From Candidatus Bathyarchaeota archaeon (GTDB lineage: Archaea; Thermoproteota; Bathyarchaeia; Bathyarchaeales; Bathycorpusculaceae), in contig CAVRFW010000013.1 in NCBI GenBank assembly GCA_963720565.1, forward strand, positions 1 to 64,000: DNA of 64,000 nt, given 5' to 3'. The position numbers and the translations under genes were made by a program. Position 1 is the stretch's first letter, and every line of letters starts with the position of its first letter. Under the pieces are notes generated by a model that searched no databases, was not told the DNA's origin, and saw only the letters and a list, made by a program, of their open reading frames with translations. This document shows, piece by piece, positions 1 through 9,485 of the stretch.

Positions 1-555
1 TCTCGTCCGATTATCTATCTGGCGAGTGTCGTCAATTAAACGTTAAAACCCTGCAGATAACCCAAATTGACAAGACAAATATGATCACAGACACTGTTTT
101 GCATGACGTGAAAATCTTGGGGTGCTGGAGAATTAGTATATAGCTCGTCAGAGGCTGAATTACCAAATTGCTTCCAACGGGTTTCTATAGCGTCATCAAT
201 GTGACCAGCGCATACGACAGCTCTTTACAGAGTATTGAATTGACTGATGCAACAATTATGTTCAGAAGAACACCTGATGGAGAATCAGAAATCTACAGTG
301 GCGATATGACGATTACAACTTATTCCTCGAACTCTTTGACTATCCGGGCGAAGCAACCACAACTAATCTTGAATGGTTCAGTCGAAGGCAAAATACATGG
401 AGCTTTCATCTACAACAAAAACTACTTCTACGCACGTGCACAGCAAGAAAATATGATTAAAGGAAGTTTTACGTTAAATGTTCTCTTCTTCTGGTATTAC
501 CTTCACTGAGCTGCACGAAATTCGTGATATTTCAGAAATTGCCACTTATCCATAA
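1..555 (+). CDS. 3' part of a hypothetical (probably extracellular, beta-rich) protein; starts before the window, apparent frameshifts near 125-165 and 490
   Basis: Open frame from base 3, ORF 168..509, and a shifted frame continuing ...ITFTELHEIRDISEIATYP* to TAA at 553-555. Confidence 0.45.
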
Positions 556-753
556 GTGCGCACTTCAAACACGACTGGTCATTTGACCATCATGTATCCC
601 TTCTCTCTAAGAATCCAAACTACACGAAATTTTGCAGTTATAAATAGCTAAGAAAAACCTCCCGAACGGGTCTGTTAGTGTTAGGGCGGAGATATGCTTA
701 TGATGGCAAAGCATTAATTCACCTCTCAGAACGCCAAATTTGCGCTAGACAAA

Positions 754-1633
754 TTGCTTGAAAATCTTAAAAGACTCTACCGCCTCGTCAATGTAAATTG
801 TCAGTGTGGCAATGAAAGTTTTGAGATTTTGTCAGAAAAGGATAGGTATGGGTTACCTGTCACAACTGTCATCTGCAAGAGATGCGGATTGATATATCAA
901 AATCCCACGCTGATTAATGAGTCATCAAAGGACTTCTATCAACATCTATATAGAAAACTGTACGAAACATCTACAATTAAAGGATTTTTTAATGCTCAAT
1001 TTGGTAGAGGGGAACGTATTGTAAGTTGGCTCTATGACCGAAGGGGGTGTCTCCCAAGAGAGTGGTTGAAATTGGCTGTGGCGCAGGGGGGCTTCTTAAG
1101 GTTTTTCAAAACATGGGTGCCGAAACTCTCAGGCGTAGACTTCGATGGAGATTTCATCAACTACGGACGTAGCAAAGGTCTGCAGCTTGAACTAGGTGCG
1201 TGCCGAAAAAGTTCCTCAACAAAGTGCCGATTGTGTTATTCTCTCACACGTTCTTGAACATTTTTCTGATATACAAAAGGAACTTGATGCTATTCGCGAT
1301 ATACTCTCCCCAAAGGGTTATCTATATGTGGAATTGCCCGGCATTCTTAACTTAAAACAATACTCCTACGACTTCCTGAAAAGCCTTCAAAATGCCCACA
1401 ATTACTACTTTACATTGGGAACTTTAAAACAAGTTCTGAGCTTCTACGGATGGGTACTCGAACAAGGAAATGAAAACATTTGTTCACTATTTAGGTTCAC
1501 GGGTCACCGAAGTCATTTTTCGAAAAACTACTATCCGCAGATTAGTAAAAAACTCGTCTACTTTGAGAGAATGCGACATATAGGTCAATTGAAATATGCA
1601 CTTTCAATAAACCGATTTTTGCAAATTGGATAA
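754..1633 (+). CDS. Class I SAM-dependent methyltransferase with N-terminal Cys/Zn region (glycosylation-locus type), frameshifted
   Basis: CQCG...CKRCGL at the N-terminus; a shifted frame near 1060-1090 reads VVEIGCGAGG (motif I); ORF 1196..1633 has DCVILSHVLEH and GYLYVELP. Confidence 0.75.
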
Positions 1634-1805
1634 CGCGCAATTCAGTTTCTCGGAGACTAAATAACACCTTGTTTTGTACAAGCCCATTTATGAACATTAC
1701 CCACATATTTTTAATAGTCAATAGCATCTACTGTTTCAGGTTTGCCATGAATGTATAAGAGAAATACATCATTTCGATTATTCCTGCACGTGGCAGCAGC
1801 AAAAG

Positions 1806-1997
1806 AGTGTTCCTGTCTCTGCCAAGCGGAAATATCCCAAGATTGCCTGGAAAAGAATGAGCGGTATGCGTGACAAGGTCATCCATGAATATTTCGGAGT
1901 TGATCCTCACATCCTCTGGGATACTTCAAAGATTGATTTACCAGCGTCCAACCAGCTGTTGAAAGAACTTTTGGGTAAAACATCAAATCAGCAGTGA
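1806..1997 (+). pseudogene. C-terminal half of a HepT/DUF86 (HEPN) ribonuclease toxin; no start codon, no MNT partner
   Basis: Manual translation: SVPVSAKRKYPKIAWKRMSGMRDKVIHEYFGVDPHILWDTSKIDLP...* with the R-x4-H HEPN motif (RDKVIH). Confidence 0.8.
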
Positions 1998-2069
1998 TTT
2001 GCGCGCTCCTAAATGGCTGTCCATAACAAGTAAACTCTTGTCTGCCATTTTCATACCAAACCCAAACTA

Positions 2070-2314
2070 CCCGTCCTCGAACACTTCAACCTCAGCGAAG
2101 GCGGAGTACGCATCCTCGACCGCACAATAGCCAACAAATCAGCAGTGGAACAGTCGTGGACATCTACTTCAAGCTAAAGGAGTATGGCGCGAACACTGCC
2201 AAAAAAAAACAGCTGCCGACACATAGACTTCGCATTAACAGTACCCTCCATACAAAAGAGTAATCACCACAAAACGCAAAGAAGGCTGGAAACTCCGCGA
2301 TAATTGAAGAGTAA
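2070..2314 (+). pseudogene. Decayed 3' fragment of a small archaeal Zn-finger (CxxC-x3-CxH) protein, copy 1
   Basis: Reads PVLEHFNLSEGGVRILDRTIANK...CRHIDFALTVP...KRKEGWKL with several indels; homologous to 9040-9279. Confidence 0.7.
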
Positions 2315-2476
2315 GGCTAAAGATTAACCCGCATAGTTTTTTCCCTTTATCTTAGCATTTTGTAAACGCTTACTAAGATTAAATGAAATAATAATATGTA
2401 GAGAATCGCTTCTTATGTGACGATTAGAAGAGCACGCGCTCAGAATCCACTTTGAATCACCATCTTCTCTTCGTTT

Positions 2477-2893
2477 TCATCCAAGCAAAGTCGAGATAGC
2501 AACGAACAGCAAACCAATGAATAATGAAGCAAAACCCAGTTTATGCCACCTAAGTTTGTGTTCAAGAATTACACTATGCGTTTTCCTCATCTTTTCTGTC
2601 ATATATGGACTAATCGTGTATTTTCTTGGGAAAAGGGACACCACAAAAAAGAGAACTGCAAAGGAGAAAAACAGGTTAGGCGTTACGGTTACTGCTGAAA
2701 CGGTTTTCAGGATTTGCAGCAAAACTGAATCGGCCACCGTGATGCCTGTCGCAGTTGTAACCATCCAGTTTGCACGTTCATCCAACTGTGAAAGCGAAGA
2801 TGAAATCCATGATTCTCCAGTTGCTCGCCAAAACTCAATTTCGCTTTTTGGGGGTGGTGCGTTATCTGGTTTTTGTCCAGCTGTCAAATACAT
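2477..2893 (-). CDS. Hypothetical 3-TM membrane protein (Pycsar-effector-like layout)
   Basis: ORF 138 aa preceded by GGAGG; three hydrophobic segments, SLFPR after TM2 and a basic KLRWHK before TM3. Confidence 0.6.
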   Translation of the reverse strand: MYLTAGQKPDNAPPPKSEIEFWRATGESWISSSLSQLDERANWMVTTATGITVADSVLLQILKTVSAVTVTPNLFFSFAVLFFVVSLFPRKYTISPYMTEKMRKTHSVILEHKLRWHKLGFASLFIGLLFVAISTLLG

Positions 2894-3158
2894 TCTCCTC
2901 CAAAGCTAGCAGTAACCAACCGCTGTGCCGCAACATTCCTTGTCTGGGTTTTCACAGGGTGTGTAGACTGGTTCTTTTTTTGCCCCCAGCCTTGACAATA
3001 GGGCCTGTCGTTATTTTTCTATAGAATCTATATTTACATTCTATACAAACAAATTCTACAATTACCTCTGCCAAAGTATCCTCCCCGAATGTACTCAAAT
3101 TAAGATGTATTTAAAACAATGGAACGCGCCTTGTTTCAAGCAGACAATTCGCGCGCGC

Positions 3159-3253
3159 TCAAAAGAGATTCAAACAGACAAAAAAGACATCCTGGTGAAG
3201 CTGAAACTATACAATGCCCTGTGATAAAAAGGCACTATTCGAATTCCTAGAGG
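3159..3253 (+). repeat. 95-bp paralogous slice of the junction of the gene pair at 8401-8495
   Basis: Ungapped alignment to 8401-8495 with 9 mismatches by manual count; flanked by GCGCGCGC at 3151-3158 and 3264-3271. Confidence 0.9.
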
Positions 3254-3423
3254 AAAGGTGAAAGCGCGCGCTTTTATCCATACTATCCTCTTACTCTGCT
3301 GTTTCAATAAAGCCTGCTGCCTTTAGTGTTCTAGCGCCGTTTCCTTTTTCTGTGAGCTAAACGCATCATGGAAGAAAGCTGCTAGCTTAGGCTCATGAAA
3401 GCGTGCGCGTTCAAGTCCAAAAG

Positions 3424-4077
3424 TTAGTGTTGCCTTTTGAAAATGACAATTCCTACAGTTGCTGTTATGAGTGTCAGGAGCATGACCCATGTGGAAGACT
3501 CTGGAATAGGCGTAGGAGTTGGTGTCGGACCAACCGTTGGAGTGGGCGATGGGGTTGGCGTTGGTTGAGTAGGGCTTCTGCTCTTGCCCAAATCCAGCGT
3601 GTAGTAGGTGTAGCCGTTTTTGGAGTAAACGCCTAAGCCTGCTTCGTTGAAGTCCCCCATCATGTTCGCGTAGTGTCCTGCGCTGTTCTTCCACATTTCG
3701 TAAACTTTTGCTGCGTCTGGCGCGCCGTACGCGTATGCGATGTTCTCTCCCAACGAAACGTAATCTGTGTAGCCAGCAGCGATTATTCTTTGGTCAAAGG
3801 TTCTCCCATCCAAGGATGTGTGAGAGAAGTAACCCTGTTCAGCCATATCCTCTGAATGTAAGTAAGCCGCAGCCAACAAAAAAGAATTAGCCGCTATGGG
3901 AGTCTTTCCCAGCGCCGCCCTCTCCGCATTCAATATAGCCAAGAAATCACTCTCAATCGAGGTCTGCGCCTCCACCCGCAATAGCGGAGGCAACTGCACA
4001 AAGATGCAAACCGCAAAAAACGAAAGCGCCAAGACTATGAACATTTTGTGATTATGCGTTCGCTTTTGGGTTGACAC
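3424..4077 (-). CDS. Secreted CAP/SCP-domain protein with PT linker and PEF-CTERM-like anchor
   Basis: LNAERA, HSEDMA..YFSH, GENIA, WKNSAGHYANM motifs; C-terminal IPES + TM + KRQH. Confidence 0.9.
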   Translation of the reverse strand: MSTQKRTHNHKMFIVLALSFFAVCIFVQLPPLLRVEAQTSIESDFLAILNAERAALGKTPIAANSFLLAAAYLHSEDMAEQGYFSHTSLDGRTFDQRIIAAGYTDYVSLGENIAYAYGAPDAAKVYEMWKNSAGHYANMMGDFNEAGLGVYSKNGYTYYTLDLGKSRSPTQPTPTPSPTPTVGPTPTPTPIPESSTWVMLLTLITATVGIVIFKRQH

Positions 4078-4220
4078 GAATCTAGATTTTTTTGGAGGTA
4101 TTTATGCGCATTCGAGGAACTGTCGAACGCAACTGCAAATATAGCGTTTAGCTCACGGAAAAGCCTAAGAAGAGATAAAACGTTCGCGTGGAAATAGAAA
4201 AAGGAAGATGTTTGATTGGT

Positions 4221-5897
4221 TTAGTCAATTGTCCATATTATTACTCGCACGTAGTTCCAGTACGTATCCGTTGCGCCCCTGTAGAGGGTTATTGTGTCTG
4301 CCGTGGAATCCGTCCAAGCTAAACCTGATTCTACATCGGTCTTGACCAAGAAGAAGCTGTTGTACCCTGACTCATCTGAGTAGGTGTTTCCTGCTATGGC
4401 GTATCCTCCGTCACTGGTCTGAACCACAGAGCAGGCATAGTCATCGCTTTCTCCTCCGAATGTTCCTGTCCATGTTAGGTTGCCGGCGGCATCGGTCTTG
4501 ACTAGCATAAAGTCGTAAGCATCAGAATCATACGAGTAGGTGTTTCCTGCTATGGCGTATCCTCCGTCGCTAGTCTGAACTACAGAAAATGCATATTCGT
4601 CGTTTCCTCCGTCGTACGTTTGAGTCCACTCTTGATTGCCATCTGCGTCAGTCTTGACTAGCATGAAATCGTAGTAAGAATCATAGCCTGCTATGGCGTA
4701 TCCTCCGTCGCTGGTCTGGATCACGGAGTAGGCATAGTCGTCGCTCGTGTCTTCTCCGTATGTTTGATTCCACTGTGGAGTGCCAGTTGCGTCGGTCTTG
4801 ACCAGCCAGAAGTCTCTGTCACCCGCGTCATAGGAAGCAGTTTCGCCTGCCAACGCGTAGCCTCCATCACTGGTCTGAATCAAGGAATAAGCATAATCAT
4901 TTCCTGTTCTCGCGTATGTTTGGTCCCACTCTTCGACACCATCCAAGTCTGTCTTGACCAGCCAGAAGTCGTAATCCCCCGAATCGTACGAGTAGGTGTT
5001 TCCTGCTATGGCGTATCCTCCGTCGCTGGTCTGGATCACGGAGAATGCATATTCGTCGTTTCCTCCGTCGTACGTTTGAGTCCACTCTTGATTGCCATCT
5101 GCGTCAGTCTTGACTAGCATGAAATCGTTAGTGTAAGAGTCGTACGAGTAGGTGTTTCCTGCTATGGCGTATCCTCCGTCGCTGGTCTGAACTATTGAAC
5201 ATGCGTAGTCGTCGCTTCCTTCGTCGTATGTTTGGGTCCATTGTCGATTGCCATCTGCGTCAGTCTTGACCAGCACGAAATCGTTAGTGTAAGAATAGTA
5301 CGAGTAAGTGTAGCCTGCCAAAGCATATCCTCCATCATTGGTCTTAACCATAGAATAAGCGTAGTAGTCATTTTCTCCTCCATACATTTTCTGCCATCCT
5401 TGTACTTTGCTTAAGCCATAGTCTCTCTGATGTGTTCCAGCATCTACCGCGGTCTTCCCCGTTATGTCAACTAAAATGTCTGTGCCATTCAAGTCGTGAG
5501 TTATGTCAAAGTACACTCCACGCAATGCAGCAATGTCCACCCAGCCGCTGTCATAATCCGGCAGATACGACCCTTGCGGTCCAGGCGGTCCTTCCGGTCC
5601 AGTTTCACCAGTTGCACCTGTCGGGCCAGTAGCTCCTGTTGCACCCGCAGCGCCAGCAGGCCCCGTGGCTCCGGTTGCTCCGGTCGCTCCAGTTTCGCCC
5701 TTTTCACCTTGAGGACCTTGCTCACCTTGAACACCCTGCTCACCCTGAATTCCCTGTACTCCCTGTGCCCCAGGTCCGGGCAAAATGAAAGCGCCTAACA
5801 ATCCACTAACAAGACAAAGAGTCAATGCACCAACGAATATCAGCGGCAATGTGCTCTTGTTTATTTTTATTACTTTCTTAGGTACCATTTCTATCAT
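4221..5897 (-). CDS. Membrane-anchored collagen-like protein with a 7-repeat ([10 protein letters not shown]) beta-propeller
   Basis: N-terminal TM, 22 consecutive G-X-Y triplets, seven ~50-aa repeats. Confidence 0.9.
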   Translation of the reverse strand: MIEMVPKKVIKINKSTLPLIFVGALTLCLVSGLLGAFILPGPGAQGVQGIQGEQGVQGEQGPQGEKGETGATGATGATGPAGAAGATGATGPTGATGETGPEGPPGPQGSYLPDYDSGWVDIAALRGVYFDITHDLNGTDILVDITGKTAVDAGTHQRDYGLSKVQGWQKMYGGENDYYAYSMVKTNDGGYALAGYTYSYYSYTNDFVLVKTDADGNRQWTQTYDEGSDDYACSIVQTSDGGYAIAGNTYSYDSYTNDFMLVKTDADGNQEWTQTYDGGNDEYAFSVIQTSDGGYAIAGNTYSYDSGDYDFWLVKTDLDGVEEWDQTYARTGNDYAYSLIQTSDGGYALAGETASYDAGDRDFWLVKTDATGTPQWNQTYGEDTSDDYAYSVIQTSDGGYAIAGYDSYYDFMLVKTDADGNQEWTQTYDGGNDEYAFSVVQTSDGGYAIAGNTYSYDSDAYDFMLVKTDAAGNLTWTGTFGGESDDYACSVVQTSDGGYAIAGNTYSDESGYNSFFLVKTDVESGLAWTDSTADTITLYRGATDTYWNYVRVIIWTID

Positions 5898-6118
5898 CGA
5901 AGAAATCTCAGCTGAGAAAGAGATATGACTTATGAATATGCAATCAACACGCTCAATTCATCCAAAGAAAACCGCTACTTCTGAACAGTCGACGAATCAG
6001 TTGTCCAGGATCGTTTGCCATGCCCGAGATCATGATACGCATGTCATGTTCCAAGAATACCGCTCACGTTGAAAGCAACCACGAAAACGTAAAACCCTAT
6101 CAGCGCACGCATCTTAGC

Positions 6119-6649
6119 CTAAGGTAATTGAGCTTTATCAAGGTCAAGGAAGTCATTCTCTATCAAGTCGTCAATTTTTTGAACTTCAGCATCATTATTT
6201 GAATCGCAGTTTCTATACTGCCCTTCGATATAGTTCACTCGCCTTCTCAGTTTTCCACCATCATTAATGAAAGCTATCAGAGTATCCTTCCATGTTGTTG
6301 CTTGAGCGAACAAGCTCGTGGCACCTAGTCCAACTGAACCAACTATGCCTCCCAAATTCGCGTAGGCAAGAGCAACAACTAAGAAAACAACTGTTGCAGC
6401 TATGAAGATCAGATTTATAATTGCCTTGTTGCGCAAATCTATTAGTTTTGACTCGACTGCCTCTTTGTATTTGTTCAATTTCTGTCCTACTCGTTCATAC
6501 TTTGTTAGAGTTGTTCCAGTTTTTGTCAAAGCAAACTGACTGCTTGATCGAGTAGCTGAACGTACACTAACCACTGATCCCAAAATCTTTGTCGCTAGCG
6601 CCGAATTTACCTTTGAAAGATCGGGCGAATCCTGTGTCTCTTTTCCCAT
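6119..6649 (-). CDS. Hypothetical 2-TM protein
   Basis: ORF 176 aa with GAGG RBS, upstream TATA-like CTTATATG, central hydrophobic hairpin. Confidence 0.7.
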   Translation of the reverse strand: MGKETQDSPDLSKVNSALATKILGSVVSVRSATRSSSQFALTKTGTTLTKYERVGQKLNKYKEAVESKLIDLRNKAIINLIFIAATVVFLVVALAYANLGGIVGSVGLGATSLFAQATTWKDTLIAFINDGGKLRRRVNYIEGQYRNCDSNNDAEVQKIDDLIENDFLDLDKAQLP

Positions 6650-6812
6650 ATCAATGCCCTCACTTCCACATCGTCTTACTTTACATATAAGATTTTTTCG
6701 TGAATTGCAGGCACGGAAAACGCGCGTTGTTCAAATGGAAGGGAGGAAAAAAGAGAAAGCTAAGACAGGAACGAAAACCGTTTTTGACTAAATAAAGTAA
6801 CAGCCAATCGCG

Positions 6813-7091
6813 CTATGCAGGCTCAAGAATCACGTCCATGACGTAGCGTCCTTGTTCATCGTTCAGCAGCAGCCGGCGCTGAAGTTTGGGTATGGTGATG
6901 CGCCCGTCTTTGCCCATTCTAGCGTAGAAGCTCTGCCACCCGCCAGCGTAGACGTTGACGGCGATCATGCTGACCTTCAGCACCTGTTCTGGCTCCATTT
7001 TGAAGCGCCACCGCACGTTCCTTGGGATTTGGATGCGGTTTCCCTTCTGAAGTTGAGTTTTGAAACTGACCTTCTCAGAAAGCGGCAACAC
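6813..7091 (-). CDS. AbrB/MazE/SpoVT-like DNA-binding protein (tandem swapped-hairpin)
   Basis: GNRIQIPRNVR and MGKDGRITIPK motifs. Confidence 0.75.
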   Translation of the reverse strand: MLPLSEKVSFKTQLQKGNRIQIPRNVRWRFKMEPEQVLKVSMIAVNVYAGGWQSFYARMGKDGRITIPKLQRRLLLNDEQGRYVMDVILEPA

Positions 7092-7328
7092 GCTCAGCCT
7101 CTGACGCAGACAGCCTCAATGAGCCGTTCTGCGTCGTTTACAGACGCACCCTGCAGAACTATTAAGCGTTGTTCAAAGAAACCAGCCTAGAACAGCTTGT
7201 CCCACGACTGCAAAATGCAAAGACAACTACAACTAATAAGAAATCGCAGAAGGCAAACCGCCAACCTAGGTCATTCTTCCGTTTGGCGTACGCGCTAGTT
7301 GCAGTCTCTTTTCCCCTTTTGCAAAATC

Positions 7329-7361
7329 TATTATAGTAATATAACTATAATATTATAGTTA
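7329..7361. promoter_or_regulatory. Operator-like palindrome next to the promoter of the 7414-8971 gene pair
   Basis: Perfect 20-bp palindrome TAACTATAATATTATAGTTA (7342-7361) plus an extra TATTATAGT half-site at 7329, directly before TATA-like CTTATATAA. Confidence 0.7.
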
Positions 7362-7413
7362 ATCTTATATAATTGGAAGCTCTGCTAGAAACAGATGTCA
7401 AGGAGAAAACCCA

Positions 7414-8466
7414 ATGGACACGCCCACCTTTCGAATCCTAGACACACTTTCATCCAGCATTGGCGATCCACTCTCAATTAATCAGCTCACCGAACGCATC
7501 AAAAAAAGCCACGGCACAGCTTACTACGCAAACATCTACCAGAAACTGCAGGATCTAAAAAACCAAGACTTGCTCACCCTAGACCAGATAGGAAGGTCTT
7601 CTAGCATCAAACTAAACTTCCGAAACTACCTGCTAATAGACGCGCTCGCAGAAATGGAACTAAGGAAAAAAAGAAAATTCATAGAAAGAAAAACAAATCT
7701 CTTGCCACTTCTAACAGAAATGAACAAAGCATTCAATGATGCAGACTTCATAAGGACAATCGCTGCGACGTTTCCGGAGAAAAACCTCAAACTCAACCGG
7801 ATCGAACTCCTCTTCCTCATATCGCAAACGCCAAATCACCACAAACAAACAATCGAAATTTACGAAGAAATGCAACAACTCCAGAACAAACACAACCTCA
7901 AAATTGACAGCTTAGTCTTAAACAAACACGATTTTCAACAATTCATCATCAAAGACGAAATTAATCCGGTCAGGGAATCCTTAAGCGAAAAAATCATCCT
8001 TTCCGGTCCTCAAGCATTCTGGAGCCAAATCAAAGATATAACCGAAAATACACAAGTCAGAATTTTGCGAGAAGAAACAAAACCCCTCAAAATACCTAAT
8101 GCAGACTTAACCTATAACCTCAACAGGTTTGGATATCAAGAACTCGGACGTCCGATAACTCAAGGCAGAAACATCAGCATCGAATATATTGTGACCAACT
8201 TGCTCCTCCAAGACGACGCTAGATTACAGGAAGCAACGCCAGTGATCCTCGCTAAAAACACCTTCAACAGCAACATTCTAGCCTTCCTAAGCAAGAAATA
8301 TGACACAAAAGCAAGACTCATCGGCATAATGAAGATACTGCGCGACTACAAACCAACAAAAGAAACAAACCAGACAATAGACCTTTTAAACACGTTCGTC
8401 TCAAAAGAGATTCCAACAAACAAACAAGACATCCTATCGAAGCTGAGATTATACAATGCCCTGTGA
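7414..8466 (+). CDS. Winged-helix protein with a degenerate nucleotidyltransferase-like middle domain (putative antitoxin/regulator)
   Basis: N-terminal LSINQLTERIK..YANIYQKLQDL wHTH; overlaps the start of the next gene by 11 nt. Confidence 0.7.
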   Translation: MDTPTFRILDTLSSSIGDPLSINQLTERIKKSHGTAYYANIYQKLQDLKNQDLLTLDQIGRSSSIKLNFRNYLLIDALAEMELRKKRKFIERKTNLLPLLTEMNKAFNDADFIRTIAATFPEKNLKLNRIELLFLISQTPNHHKQTIEIYEEMQQLQNKHNLKIDSLVLNKHDFQQFIIKDEINPVRESLSEKIILSGPQAFWSQIKDITENTQVRILREETKPLKIPNADLTYNLNRFGYQELGRPITQGRNISIEYIVTNLLLQDDARLQEATPVILAKNTFNSNILAFLSKKYDTKARLIGIMKILRDYKPTKETNQTIDLLNTFVSKEIPTNKQDILSKLRLYNAL

Positions 8467-8971
8467 TAAAAAAGCACTATTCGAATTCCTAGAGGTCATA
8501 AACGAAAGCCTATCAAAGAAAATCACTCTTGTCGCCGCAGGCGGAACAGCCATGACCCTGCTTGACCTTAAACCCTCAACTATGGACATCGACTTCACCA
8601 TCCCAAGCAGTGACCTTCCAGAATTTGAACAAGCCCTCCAAAACAATCCCTCCGGGTTCAAGGTCGACCGGTGGACAGATGGGTATGTTTTCTGCCAATC
8701 TTTGCCAAACGATTACATCCGGAACAGCAGTCAAATAAGAGAATTCAGCCACATATCCCTAAGAGCCTTACACCCGATTGACATAATCGCAACCAAGGTT
8801 GGCAGACTAAACCAAAGAGATATCCAAGACATCGAAAACATAATTAAAAACTGCCAAATCTCAGAAGCAGAAATCAAGGCAAGAGCATATCAGGTAAGCC
8901 CAACATTCGTTACCAAAGAAGAAGACTACCTTTATCATCTGGACTGGATTATCAAGAAATTTTTCCATTAA
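8456..8971 (+). CDS. DUF6036/AbiEii-like nucleotidyltransferase
   Basis: GGTAM...STMDIDF motif and C-terminal DIIATKVGR...RDIQD. Confidence 0.8.
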   Translation: MPCDKKALFEFLEVINESLSKKITLVAAGGTAMTLLDLKPSTMDIDFTIPSSDLPEFEQALQNNPSGFKVDRWTDGYVFCQSLPNDYIRNSSQIREFSHISLRALHPIDIIATKVGRLNQRDIQDIENIIKNCQISEAEIKARAYQVSPTFVTKEEDYLYHLDWIIKKFFH

Positions 8972-9039
8972 ACCAAATAGTGCACGCAACAGATTTCCAC
9001 CAAACTTGTGGTGAAGCACAGAACGGTCCCCAAGGCGAA

Positions 9040-9279
9040 AGCTCAACCATTTTCAATCAGAGAGAGCACACATACGTATCCTCGACCGCACCCTATCTAA
9101 CAAGACAAGCAGCGGCACAGTCGTAGACATCCACTTCAAGCCAAAGGGAATATGGTGCGAACATTGCCAAAAAAGCAGCTGCCGACACATCAACTTCGCC
9201 CTAACAGTGCCCCAATGCAAAAGTACACACTAAAAAACGAAAAGAAGGCTGGAAACTACCCGCCGTCATCGAAGAGTAA
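9040..9279 (+). pseudogene. Decayed 3' fragment of a small archaeal Zn-finger protein, copy 2
   Basis: IRILDRTLSNKTSSGTVVDIHFKPKGIWCEHCQKSSCRHINFALTVP / KKRKEGWKLPAVIEE*; no start; homologous to 2070-2314. Confidence 0.75.
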
Positions 9280-9485
9280 AATTGTTACCCAAGGGTGTAT
9301 TTCTTAGCTCGAAAAGACTTGTGAAGGCGAAGCAGGAACCGGAAGGATAGACTTGCTGGACCCTATAGTTCTGCGTATGCTGGAACGAATTTCAAATCCT
9401 TATTCTGAAACAACAAAGAAGATACCTATCCTATCTTCATACGAAGAGCAAAAATTAAGACAGAGCAACTTAGCCATGGATTCGT

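Noticed and set aside
4380..5340. Near-identical ~150-bp repeats as DGR template/variable repeats
   Set aside because: All copies are in-frame blades of one ORF, the differences are not adenine-specific, and there is no reverse transcriptase in the window.
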